64,000 nucleotides of DNA, taken from NCBI GenBank assembly GCA_963828195.1, contig CAWHDT010000008.1, positions 96,001-160,000 of the forward strand, written 5' to 3'. A model generated the notes under the pieces. It was not told where the DNA came from, did not search any database, and was given only the letters and a program-made list of their open reading frames with translations. Both the position numbers and the translations under genes were made by a program. Below, piece by piece: positions 40,414 through 49,790 of the stretch. Positions within the stretch are counted from its first letter, which is position 1. The number at the start of each line of letters is the position of its first letter. Origin of the DNA: Candidatus Bathyarchaeota archaeon. Lineage in GTDB: Archaea > Thermoproteota > Bathyarchaeia > Bathyarchaeales > Bathycorpusculaceae.

Positions 40414-41007
40414 TTAGGCTATAAAATGGGTTACGCCAGTCAAAATGTACTGCACTGCAATAGCAGCTATGAGCAGCGCCATAACTCTTGCGATTACTAA
40501 GGAGCCTGTTTTGCCTAAATACCTGTAAATGTTGTTTATGTACCTGAGAATAACCCATGTTAAGGATAACACAATCAAAACCGCCAAAATCGCTATCACT
40601 ATACCGTATTCGTTGAGGTCAACTATGGTTGTGGTGATGGCTCCGGGCCCCACAAGCAGAGGTATCGCAATGGGAACGGCGCCTAAGCTTTCTGGGGATT
40701 CAACGTTTTCATGCATGCTGCCTGAAATCAGGATTCTAATTGAAATAATCAGCAGCAGAATGCCTCCTGCAATCTCGAAACTGAAAATCGATAACCCGAA
40801 AAGCGACAGAATTCCTTGACCTGCGAATGCGAAAACAAGAAGCAATGCAGAGCCAACGAGCACTGCAGTGTCATAAACCTTCTTTTTTTGGACGTCTGGA
40901 ATGTTTTCGGTTAACCCCACGAAAATGGGAATGTTGCCGAAGGGGTCAACTATGATGAATAACGCTATAACGGCTCTGCTGAAATCAGTGATGAAATCCA
41001 AGTGCAC
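40414..41007 (-). CDS. marC: MarC family membrane protein
   Basis: LFIIVDPFGNIP, AGGILL, VPIAIPLLVGPGAI, RVMALL. Confidence 0.92.
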   Translation of the reverse strand: MHLDFITDFSRAVIALFIIVDPFGNIPIFVGLTENIPDVQKKKVYDTAVLVGSALLLVFAFAGQGILSLFGLSIFSFEIAGGILLLIISIRILISGSMHENVESPESLGAVPIAIPLLVGPGAITTTIVDLNEYGIVIAILAVLIVLSLTWVILRYINNIYRYLGKTGSLVIARVMALLIAAIAVQYILTGVTHFIA

Positions 41008-41101
41008 ATTGCTCCAGACGCATCATAGAGTTAGCTAACTGACGCGATAAAAAGTTAACGGCTCAGCAAATAAACAAGCGGCAGGAACAGGAAAAATGTT
41101 T

Positions 41102-42010
41102 TTAGGTTAAGATTTTTTTCCAGTTTTCCACGTAATCCAGAAATTCCTGCACGGGTTGACCGCCATAACTTCTCAGTTTTTGCCTGTGCTCACCCAAGTT
41201 TAAAGCTGCTTTTTGGAAGTCTCGGATTTGTGTGGCTCCATCCGTCAGATAGAGAAAGCCGTCGGCGCCTGCTCTTGCACACCGCGCAGTGACGGTTAGC
41301 AATTCTTGGGCTGTCGGAACGTCTTTTGGAGTGTCTCCTGGACCATAAACGTAGAAGCTGATGTAAAACGGTTTTTTTAGCAGTTTTTTGAAGGCGCGGG
41401 CAAGCATTTCCCAGTACCAGGGCGTCGCGTAGTTTTTGCTGAACATTACAACGTTGAAGGCGTCAGCGTGCTTTGCCAACTCGTCGAAGTCCACGCCATA
41501 GCGCTCTAGGGAGCTAACGGGGTCAGGCTGAATGCACAGAACCAGTTCTTTCTTGACTTTTTCGCGAATCTGCGCGATGTAGTCGGTGACTTCTTTTCTG
41601 CGCCAATCCAGCCAGCTTAAACCGCTTTTCTTCCATAAACTGGTGCATCGGGGGCAAATGCAGTGTCCATGCTCCGCGAAATATTGGCTGTTTAGCCACA
41701 CGCCGAGGGAGCGCCCGTCGACGTCGGCGAGGTAGTTTAGCTGTTCCGCTCTGTGCTCTGGCTGGGTAGCACAAACGATGTCCCAGTAAAAGTTAAAGTT
41801 GTTATTTCCCATCTTCGCCGGTCCCAAAAGAGACCGAGAAATCCAGTCTGGATGGTCGCGGACAGCAACGTTGTCAGCGAAAACGGCGACGTTACTGTGC
41901 ATGTCCTGCACGGGCGGAAGCCTTGCGCCCATTTCTGTTTTTACTCGTAAAACTTGGAAATCGAATCCCGGCGCCTTTTCAGGCTGGAAAGTGTATGAGC
42001 CAAACTTCAT
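41102..42010 (-). CDS. Cytoplasmic hypothetical protein, probable GH-like TIM barrel with CxCxxC motif
   Basis: HPDW, CICPRC, WRRKEVTDYI, YGVDFDELAKHAD..VVM; no signal peptide. Confidence 0.6.
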   Translation of the reverse strand: MKFGSYTFQPEKAPGFDFQVLRVKTEMGARLPPVQDMHSNVAVFADNVAVRDHPDWISRSLLGPAKMGNNNFNFYWDIVCATQPEHRAEQLNYLADVDGRSLGVWLNSQYFAEHGHCICPRCTSLWKKSGLSWLDWRRKEVTDYIAQIREKVKKELVLCIQPDPVSSLERYGVDFDELAKHADAFNVVMFSKNYATPWYWEMLARAFKKLLKKPFYISFYVYGPGDTPKDVPTAQELLTVTARCARAGADGFLYLTDGATQIRDFQKAALNLGEHRQKLRSYGGQPVQEFLDYVENWKKILT

Positions 42011-42305
42011 CAGGTAGCCGCCTTTTCAGCTCAAAAGAAGCGGCTATAATGTTATAAGGTTTTTGAGTAACATTGAAAAACTGTCGGCTTTTTATCTTCA
42101 ACAGATTCGACCAGTTTTGTGTTTCCATACAGGTTCTCCAGTCTAATCTCAAGAGTTTACTTGGAAACTCAGTTAATCTCTGGAAACAAGAGGTATGGGC
42201 AAAATAAATAGAGCGATAAAGACGTTCGAACTAGAATTTCGAGGAAGATTGAAAAATATATGGAGCTGTCATAGGTATGCTTGGCAAGTTATGATGTAAT
42301 CTTCC

Positions 42306-42542
42306 TCATATTAGAAATAAGGCAAGTCCTGCAACTCCAAGAACTATTGCAATTATTCCGTATGTTTTGTAAGTTTTTTGTTTGTAGACCCAATATCCTA
42401 AGATAATAGCCACTATACCAACTAAACCATACACCAACAATGAAACCGCCCCAAAAATAATAGCTATCCAGTAAATGGCTTTTTCATTTTTCTTCATGAA
42501 AGATGTATTGTTGTCAGCTTCACCCATTTTATTCGCTTCCAA
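42306..42542 (-). CDS. Small membrane protein
   Basis: Two to three TMs with repeated 'IVAIILG / IIAIVLG'. Confidence 0.6.
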   Translation of the reverse strand: MEANKMGEADNNTSFMKKNEKAIYWIAIIFGAVSLLVYGLVGIVAIILGYWVYKQKTYKTYGIIAIVLGVAGLALFLI

Positions 42543-42896
42543 TTAATATTTTGCCGTTCAAGTTTTTCTCATCCTTCTTTACTTCACAGTTTAATTATTT
42601 TCTCCTATACAAGCTTGTTCCCCACTGTTTACCGAGATGCAAAGAACCAAGTACATTGCTAGAAATATCTGACAAGACTTGTTCAAAGTCAGATGTTTTT
42701 CACATAGCTAACCCGCGAGGCTAAGAAGCACTAGAATAATACCAATTATTACGAAAGACAAACCAATAATCATATCGCATCCTCCAGGCTGATATTGCTC
42801 CTGATTTGTTTGACCTGCTTTAATTCTTGACCTATTTTCCCTACCGCATGAATTTGGCATGAAAACCAAAATGGCCTCACGATAAAATAAGCAAGA

Positions 42897-43247
42897 TTAT
42901 TTTTTTAATTCAATTAGCATTTTTAACACCAGTTTAAGTGCAGAGTCGTAGCCATCATAGTATTCTTTGCTTTGGTCTGGGTCCGCATATGTTCGATCAA
43001 CAATTTCTTTTCCAATGCCTTCATTAGTTAGCTGAATTGAGCCTTCCTTAAGCCATATCAGAGCATCCACATACCCGTGTTCTGGGTCTGAAAGCTCATC
43101 GGTTTCGGAAGATTCAGCCTTCTGCATGATTAGTCCCTCAATCTTTTCCTTTAACTCGTTCTCAACCTTGCCCACTTCTTTTTCACCCAATCGAATACTT
43201 GTTTGTTTTAGAGTTAAATATCTGCCGTCTTGCGTATGGCGCTTCAT
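42897..43247 (-). CDS. Hypothetical protein with internal duplication (GYVDALIWL / GYDSALKLV)
   Basis: Acidic helical ORF; start uncertain. Confidence 0.55.
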   Translation of the reverse strand: MKRHTQDGRYLTLKQTSIRLGEKEVGKVENELKEKIEGLIMQKAESSETDELSDPEHGYVDALIWLKEGSIQLTNEGIGKEIVDRTYADPDQSKEYYDGYDSALKLVLKMLIELKK

Positions 43248-43697
43248 TAAGCCATAATAAAAAAACGCTTGTTATCACCTTGCTTCTTTCTGCCAGCCTC
43301 CGGCAAACTCTGCAAACCACTATGTCGGTACCGATGCAGGCACCATTATGCTTTGGGTGATTTACCCAAGCCATCTCCGTCTTCAGCTCCAGCATCGACT
43401 GCAAAATCAATTCACCGTTTTTAATTAAACCTGTTAATTTGTGTAGAGTTTCTGAAATCGGTGTTTTTTCATGGTATAGAAACTTTCAATTATCGGCTTA
43501 TTTTTGAACGTTTTTTTATTTGCAGGCTATATTCCGCTTTAAAATTGGATAAACATTGCCTGATCGATTGATTAAATCAACAAATGCGCATTATTAGCTG
43601 GCAATGTCTTTCATATGCGTATATTTTAAATATAACTTGATAATAGGTGTAGAGTTAAAAAATATCCGATTAAACAAATGTCAAGAGAGGGAGAAAG

Positions 43698-44981
43698 ATG
43701 GCAGTTGACTCAGGAAGTATAGCTTGGATAATAACCGCTACAGCGTTGGTCATGCTGATGACGCCGGCGCTGGGGTTCTTTTACGGAGGCTTGGTGCGGA
43801 AGAAAAACCTGGTTTCCACAATCGTCCAGTGCTTCGTAATATTTGCAGTTGTAAGCTTAGTCTGGGCGCTCTGGGGATACATGCTTGTGTTCGGCAACAC
43901 CGTCAACGGCTTAATCGGCTGGAGCCCAAACTTACTGGGCATGGGCAACCTTGGCATAAACACCGTTAACACCCAACTTGCACCACAAATCCCGCAGCTC
44001 CTGCAATTCGCATTCCAACTAAAGTTCGCAGCCATCACACCCGCACTGATCATTGGCGCATGCGCGGAAAGATTCCGGTTCAAGTCACTTCTTATCTTCA
44101 TGGTGCTCTGGTCCACTCTCATTTATTGCCCGATAGCCTGCTGGGTATGGAATCCAACAGGTTGGCTCAGCAAATTCGGCGCCATCGACTTTGCAGGCGG
44201 CATAGTTGTGCACATTTCTGCGGGCATTTCAGCGTTAGCAGCAGCACTTCTGGTAGGCAGAAGAAAAGGCTGCGCCGTACCATGGCAGAAAGCCATGAAA
44301 TCTCTCGATCAAAAAGATCATCCGACAGAATTCAAACCGACCAACATCCCCTATGTGCTGCTGGGCGCAGCGTTACTTTGGTTCGGCTGGTTCGGCTTCA
44401 ATGCCGGCAGCGCATTAGCCGCAAACGACTTAGCTGTCTCAGCGCTCGTAGTCACGAACTTAGCCGCAGCAGCCGCCGCCATAAGCTGGATGCTTGCAGA
44501 CTGGGTATTTAAAGGGAAACCATCAGCCGTCGGCATCGCTGCCGGCGCCGTCGTCGGATTAGTCGCAATTACCCCCGCATCAGGCTACGTCAACGTACCA
44601 TCAGCAATAATAATAGGTTTAGTAGCAGGAGTTCTCTGCAACCGGGTAGCTAACTGGAGAGCAGGCAGATCAAGAATAGACGATGCACTGGACGTGTTTG
44701 CATGCCACGGCGTCGGAGGAATCTGGGGCTCAATCGCAACAGGCCTATTCGCATCAGCAGCAATAAACGTTAGTATAAAAGGTGGCTTATTCACCGGAAA
44801 CCCAGCCCAAATGATTCCTCAATTGGTGGCAATTGGTGTAGTGGTGCCGTTTGCATTCTTCGGTTCCTACGCACTGCTTAAATTTGTGAATATATTCTCG
44901 CCGTTGCGGGTAAGCGAGGAAGCAGAAGACGCAGGCTTAGACCTGGCGGAACATGGCGAAGAAGCGTTTCAATTAGATTAG
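43698..44981 (+). CDS. amtB: Ammonium transporter
   Basis: LVMLMTP, FYGGLVR, FAAITPALI, DFAGGIVVH, LWFGWFGFNAGS, GLVAITP, DDALDVFACHG, GLDLAEHGE. Confidence 0.97.
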   Translation: MAVDSGSIAWIITATALVMLMTPALGFFYGGLVRKKNLVSTIVQCFVIFAVVSLVWALWGYMLVFGNTVNGLIGWSPNLLGMGNLGINTVNTQLAPQIPQLLQFAFQLKFAAITPALIIGACAERFRFKSLLIFMVLWSTLIYCPIACWVWNPTGWLSKFGAIDFAGGIVVHISAGISALAAALLVGRRKGCAVPWQKAMKSLDQKDHPTEFKPTNIPYVLLGAALLWFGWFGFNAGSALAANDLAVSALVVTNLAAAAAAISWMLADWVFKGKPSAVGIAAGAVVGLVAITPASGYVNVPSAIIIGLVAGVLCNRVANWRAGRSRIDDALDVFACHGVGGIWGSIATGLFASAAINVSIKGGLFTGNPAQMIPQLVAIGVVVPFAFFGSYALLKFVNIFSPLRVSEEAEDAGLDLAEHGEEAFQLD

Positions 44982-45200
44982 AGCGCAATTAAGCCCTTTT
45001 CTTTATTTTCTTTTTTCGGCATTATTGATTTTTTGTTTAGACAAACCACCTCGATTGATGGCTCGTGAAGAGCATTTTATCCCAACGCTTATCGCACGCT
45101 GCCTTGCTCCATTATCAGACTACCTCAGACAAATCAAAAGGAAACAATTTTTTACGAAATTGCGAAAGCTTATAAGAAAAATTGAAGCCAAAGAGTCTTT

Positions 45201-46322
45201 ATGAGGAATCTGAAGAAAATCTCAGCTATCCTGATTTTACTCGTTATAATTCTTGCATTGTCAGTAACAAACGCGGTCCATGCCCTTAGAGTTGTCAACA
45301 CAATAAATTCAAACGAGTATCCATTCGACCTAGCCTATGACTCTGGAAAAGGAGAAATTTTCGTATCCAGCGAGATTGCAGGCACCGTCTCCGTCATCTC
45401 TGATAGCGGTAACTCCGTGGTTGCTAATCTGTCGTTGGGAGCCAAACCAGGATTTATAGTTTATGATTCGGGTAAAGGCGAAATTTTCGGGGTTAATAGT
45501 GATTCTGGCGCAGTCTCCATAATTTCGGATAGCGGCGATAAGGTGGTGGTCAACATGTCTTTAGGTATCCATTCGGCTGGGTTAGCTTATGACTCTGGAA
45601 AAGGTGAGATCTTCGTTACCGATTCTAATCTCGTCGTGCAGAACAGTCAGCCTGTCCCCACTTACAACGGCACGGTCTACATTATTTCGGACAGTAGCAA
45701 TTCTATTATTGCCAACCTATCTTTGGGAACCAACCCTGGAGGAATAGCTTATGATTCTGGCAAGGGCGAAATTTTTGTAGGCAATTATGAAGACACGATC
45801 TCTGTCATATCTGATAGCAGCAATGCCTTGGTTGCGACCATACCTATCGGATTTAATCCACAAGCAATAAGTTATGATTCTGGGAAAAGCGAAATCTTCG
45901 TTGTCAATGATAACCAGGGTGAGGGCAACGGCTCGGTTTCCGTCATTTCGGATACCAGCAATACCGTGGTTGCTAACGTCACCGTGGGGCCGAATCCTTC
46001 TGGATTAGCTTACGATTCCGGTAAGGGCGAGATCTTCGTGAACAACCTTTACGGCACCACAGTTTCCGTTATTTCCGACCGTAGCAACACTGTGATCGCT
46101 ACCGTCAATGTACCATACGGTCCCGCGGCGGTAGCCTACGATTCGACTAAGGGTGAAGTATTCGTAGCCGATTACCTATCTCACTCTGTCTCAATTATAT
46201 CAGATTCCTCAACCACAACTGCGGTACCTGAGGCTCTAGTTTTAGTTGTATTAGTTGTGTCAGTGACCATTTGTGCAGTCGCATTGGCACATAAAAAATT
46301 GACCCGAACCAAAATGCCCTGA
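45201..46322 (+). CDS. YncE/YVTN-type seven-bladed beta-propeller surface protein
   Basis: Seven YDSGKGEIFV...VSVISD repeats, signal peptide, AVPE-TM-KK tail. Confidence 0.88.
   Translation: MRNLKKISAILILLVIILALSVTNAVHALRVVNTINSNEYPFDLAYDSGKGEIFVSSEIAGTVSVISDSGNSVVANLSLGAKPGFIVYDSGKGEIFGVNSDSGAVSIISDSGDKVVVNMSLGIHSAGLAYDSGKGEIFVTDSNLVVQNSQPVPTYNGTVYIISDSSNSIIANLSLGTNPGGIAYDSGKGEIFVGNYEDTISVISDSSNALVATIPIGFNPQAISYDSGKSEIFVVNDNQGEGNGSVSVISDTSNTVVANVTVGPNPSGLAYDSGKGEIFVNNLYGTTVSVISDRSNTVIATVNVPYGPAAVAYDSTKGEVFVADYLSHSVSIISDSSTTTAVPEALVLVVLVVSVTICAVALAHKKLTRTKMP
45337..46205 (+). repeat. Intragenic coding repeats (7 propeller blades)
   Basis: Recurrent TAYGAYTCNGGNAARGGNGARATY motif at roughly 120-165 nt spacing, in frame. 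Confidence 0.8.
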
Positions 46323-46425
46323 GGTCTACAATAAAAGGAAAAAAAACCGAGGGAAAAACGGCAAGCGTCCCTAACGCTACCTTTTTTTATCCAAATCTGC
46401 ACTCTAACAATTCAGAGGGTTCAAA

Positions 46426-47001
46426 ATGAAGGTTATAGCTATTAATGGAAGTGCAAGAAAAGACGGCAACACCGCCTCTCTTATCCGCAGGGTTTTTCAA
46501 GTTCTTGAGAAAGAAGGAATAGAAACCGAGCTGATTCAGATGGCAGGCGAGCAGATCCACGGGTGCATGGCATGCGGAACCTGCCGAAAAATCAAAAACA
46601 AGCAATGCAAAATCGTAAACGACAACGTCAACCTCTACATAGAGAAGATGGCTGCAGCGGATGGGATAATTCTTGGTTCACCCACGTATTTCTCGATGAT
46701 GTCTCCCGAAATGAAAGCGCTTATCGACCGCTCAGGGTTCGTTGCGCGGGCAAATTCTGATTTGTTTAAGAGAAAAGTGGGCGCTGCAGTCGTGGCTGTG
46801 CGACGGGCAGGTGGAATCCCGACTTTTGACGCGATAAACCACTTCTTCCTCATCAACCAAATGATCGTCCCAGGCTCATCATACTGGAACGTCGGCATAG
46901 GCTTAAACAAGGGCGACGTAGAAAAAGACGAGGAAGGCATGCAGACCATGGATGACCTTGGACGAAACATGGCGTGGCTCCTCAAAAAACTCAGTGCTTA
47001 A
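46426..47001 (+). CDS. Iron-sulfur flavoprotein (Isf / flavodoxin-like)
   Basis: [18 protein letters not shown]-x6-C, GSPTYF, RRAGG, SSYWN, DEEG. Confidence 0.9.
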   Translation: MKVIAINGSARKDGNTASLIRRVFQVLEKEGIETELIQMAGEQIHGCMACGTCRKIKNKQCKIVNDNVNLYIEKMAAADGIILGSPTYFSMMSPEMKALIDRSGFVARANSDLFKRKVGAAVVAVRRAGGIPTFDAINHFFLINQMIVPGSSYWNVGIGLNKGDVEKDEEGMQTMDDLGRNMAWLLKKLSA

Positions 47002-47023
47002 ACGTTAAAGGATCGACTTAAGA

Positions 47024-47650
47024 TTATGGTGAGTTTGTCCATACTGGCGTTGCGGTCCAGTTATTGGCAATGCCTGCATAGAAAATACCTATGTCAACTG
47101 TCACATTCTGTTCGCTATGCAGAGTTACAACTTGAGAACTTGTTACCTCACCTGAGCCGAAAACATTTAAACCGACTTCATAAGTTGCGTTACCCAAAGG
47201 AACCGTCAAGTCTATCAGCGATGAACCATTGGCATTGTAAGCATCAACTTGCAATCCAGCGTTATAAACTGTTTCTGGCTCTGAATTAGTTACAGACCCA
47301 TTGGTGAAAAGATATGATTCTGTTGTCGAGTCTATTTGAAGCGGGTCAAGTGTATCGCTCATTGATAAGTCAGATGTAAGATTTTCATAAAAAACTTGTG
47401 TTGTTTGACTAGTGGAATTTGCTGGTGGGCTCTTAATGTTTGAATTTTGGCTGGTCAAATTTTCTAGTTCATTGTTCAGATTGGTTATGTCGATATTAAA
47501 ATTTGATATTTGGTTGTTCAACGAAGCTATTTTGAAATTTTCACTGTTAACTACGCCGTTATAATGAAATATCGTTCCTGTAATTGCACTTACAAAGAGT
47601 ATAGCTATCAAAACTGAAATAACTATTAATTTTTTATCCAAGATGTTCAC
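47024..47650 (-). CDS. Membrane-anchored protein with coiled coil and Ig-like C-terminus
   Basis: N-terminal TM, N/Q-rich heptads, NGSVTN...AGLQVDAY. Confidence 0.7.
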   Translation of the reverse strand: MNILDKKLIVISVLIAILFVSAITGTIFHYNGVVNSENFKIASLNNQISNFNIDITNLNNELENLTSQNSNIKSPPANSTSQTTQVFYENLTSDLSMSDTLDPLQIDSTTESYLFTNGSVTNSEPETVYNAGLQVDAYNANGSSLIDLTVPLGNATYEVGLNVFGSGEVTSSQVVTLHSEQNVTVDIGIFYAGIANNWTATPVWTNSP

Positions 47651-48467
47651 CGACTTGAATAATGGGTTTTCGTTTTCTTATGTAAACCAGTAGAGCAATA
47701 ATGATAGCCAATAAGACCGCTATTACTACAACAGTCATAGTGGTTATTAGTAAAAGAGATGCGTAAGAAGCACTGCTAACGGATGCTGGAGTTGGAGTTA
47801 GCCTTGAAGTTGAGGATGATGGGGCAGGGGTAGAGCTCAAGGGAATGTTTGCAGGCACGGTTACTGTTTGTGTGGCGCTCCAACTGCTTGTTTCGCCAAC
47901 AAATGCATAAACAGTGCCGTCTGATAAAACAGCGCCAGGGGGATGAGCTAAAACATTGAAAGAAGTGTAGATGTATCCAATCATTGCTTCAACTTGAATA
48001 TCGGTTTGAGTACCAGTTGGAATCGTTATGGAACCGACTTGGTAAGTTTCCACAGGGATTGATATGTTGGTATAATCAGAATCTGCCGACGGTTGTGGAT
48101 AATAGTTAGCTGGGTTGTAAAGGTCTATCCAATCATCTGTTTCGTTGTGGGCTTTTATTTGAATGTTATAGTAGAATGAAATTTCTTTACCAACGCTTGC
48201 ATTAAAATAGGATGTAAAAGGTTGATTCTTAATTGTCACTACTGCATTACTGTATCCCATTGTGTAGCCCAGTTGAGCCGCAACCTGTCCTGAACTTTGG
48301 TTTAGATAATAAATTGTAGGTGAAGTGTAAGAAGGACCAACAAGCTCCACAGTGAATTGTGGAACAGTTGGTGTTGGTATAGACGTCTGGGCAAATGCTG
48401 GTTTAGCCATTATTAGGCTTGAAGCAGTTAATATGAGAATAAGCCCTATGGTGAAGCTTTTGTTCAT
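47634..48467 (-). CDS. Secreted surface protein with C-terminal TM anchor
   Basis: Signal peptide, PTPTVPQFT, IKNQPF, YNIQIK, QVEAMIG, GETSSWS, TM-RKRK. Confidence 0.78.
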   Translation of the reverse strand: MNKSFTIGLILILTASSLIMAKPAFAQTSIPTPTVPQFTVELVGPSYTSPTIYYLNQSSGQVAAQLGYTMGYSNAVVTIKNQPFTSYFNASVGKEISFYYNIQIKAHNETDDWIDLYNPANYYPQPSADSDYTNISIPVETYQVGSITIPTGTQTDIQVEAMIGYIYTSFNVLAHPPGAVLSDGTVYAFVGETSSWSATQTVTVPANIPLSSTPAPSSSTSRLTPTPASVSSASYASLLLITTMTVVVIAVLLAIIIALLVYIRKRKPIIQVGEHLG

Positions 48468-48469
48468 AC

Positions 48470-49021
48470 CTAGCCGAACCTCCTTTGTTTGTACTTTTCA
48501 AAGTAGACCAACAAACCAGCAGTTACCATTACGATAAACAACATTGGAATTGCTATTGCAGAAAACTCTGGAATGGTGGGTGTTGAAGTTGGATTTGGGG
48601 TAGGCTGTTGAGTGGGTGTTGTGGTTGGTGAGGGCAAAGTAGGCAAAGGCGTTGGGGAAAGAATGGGTATCGAATAAAGCATGGTGCTTGTTTGACCTTG
48701 AGAATCAGTTACTGTGATAACTGCCGAATCAGTGTCAGTTACAGTCACATTGCCCACCCAGTAACCATTAGCGATGACAATCGAAGAAGGAGTAATTGTA
48801 CCTCCTTGAACACTCAAAGCAGCAATACCATTAGACATGTCAAATATTCCAATTCCAAATGGGGTTCCTGCTGTTACACCATTACCCACGTCTGCACTGT
48901 AGGCAAGAACTAAAAAACTTGTAGAAGGAAAAGTACAGACTTGCGCTTGTACTGGAAAAATGGACAAAGCTAAGATAAAGGCAATGACAAGCAATGCCAA
49001 ACTCTTGCTCTTGCTACCCAT
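48470..49021 (-). CDS. Secreted protein with PEF-CTERM-like sorting signal
   Basis: Signal peptide, P/T linker, TIPEFS-TM-KYKQRR. Confidence 0.78.
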   Translation of the reverse strand: MGSKSKSLALLVIAFILALSIFPVQAQVCTFPSTSFLVLAYSADVGNGVTAGTPFGIGIFDMSNGIAALSVQGGTITPSSIVIANGYWVGNVTVTDTDSAVITVTDSQGQTSTMLYSIPILSPTPLPTLPSPTTTPTQQPTPNPTSTPTIPEFSAIAIPMLFIVMVTAGLLVYFEKYKQRRFG

Positions 49022-49234
49022 ACTTAGTATTAGAAAATCAGAGCCGATAAAAGGTTATTCGTAAAAGATTCTTGACTAATCCAAGTCAAAGTTTCTTGAC
49101 TACGCTTCGCAGATTTAAGATTTTTCTGTGCTTTCAAAAAGTTTGAAAACCTGCGATGAGCCCCGACAAATAGGCATCTGGGCTTAAATGCTCTATTGCC
49201 GCAATGTGTTTGTATGTTACTGCTTGGATGGTTT

Positions 49235-49290
49235 GGAAGAAGAAGAAGAAAAACGTTTTTTCGGGGCTTCTTCTTCTTTTAAAAAAAATC
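49235..49290 (+). repeat. Dispersed repeat, partial copy (unit A only)
   Basis: GGAAGAAGAAGAAGAAAAACGTTTTTTCGGGGCTTCTTCTTCTTTTAAAAAAAAT matches 4017-4070. Confidence 0.85.
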
Positions 49291-49374
49291 ACGCCGCGGA
49301 ATTGAAATTTAGCTGAAATTTGCTGCGCAAGTTAGAAATAATTGTTACGCTACTGTATTATTCAGGCGAATATT

Positions 49375-49545
49375 ATGGTCGAGTACGTTAAGGGACCAGA
49401 GCCTGACAGGTGGCATTGGTACAAAAGCTGCAAGCAGTACCCTCGCGTTGTCATGCAGAAGCGTTCTTGGAGACCAAATTCTGACCTCTGCGACGAATGT
49501 CTTGAAATAGAGCGAATTGAACTACGCAAAGTAGCCGCAACATAA
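49375..49545 (+). CDS. 56-aa His/Cys metal-binding microprotein
   Basis: MVEYVKGPEPDRWHWYKSC...LCDEC (H-C-C-C ligand set). Confidence 0.65.
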   Translation: MVEYVKGPEPDRWHWYKSCKQYPRVVMQKRSWRPNSDLCDECLEIERIELRKVAAT

Positions 49546-49790
49546 CGGGTTGATCCCTGAAATCGAATTGCGAGTTAATAATGAAGCTTATGCTATATGA
49601 CTTGCAATTGAGAAGTTGGCTTTCACGAAAAAAATTTACGCTTCTCTGCACATCAAAAATTATTTTCAGACCGCCAATCCATTTTTTTCTTTCATGAGCA
49701 AACTTCGCATCGGGTTCTCTATCAGTATGCTTTTATTTGTGTCGCAGAATTATCCCTTAACAAACCGACTTACGCGTTGAAGGCAAGTGT

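Noticed and set aside
45337-46205. Regularly spaced ~30-nt repeats resembling a CRISPR array
   Set aside because: They are in-frame beta-propeller blade codons with synonymous variation and long spacing, and no cas genes are present.
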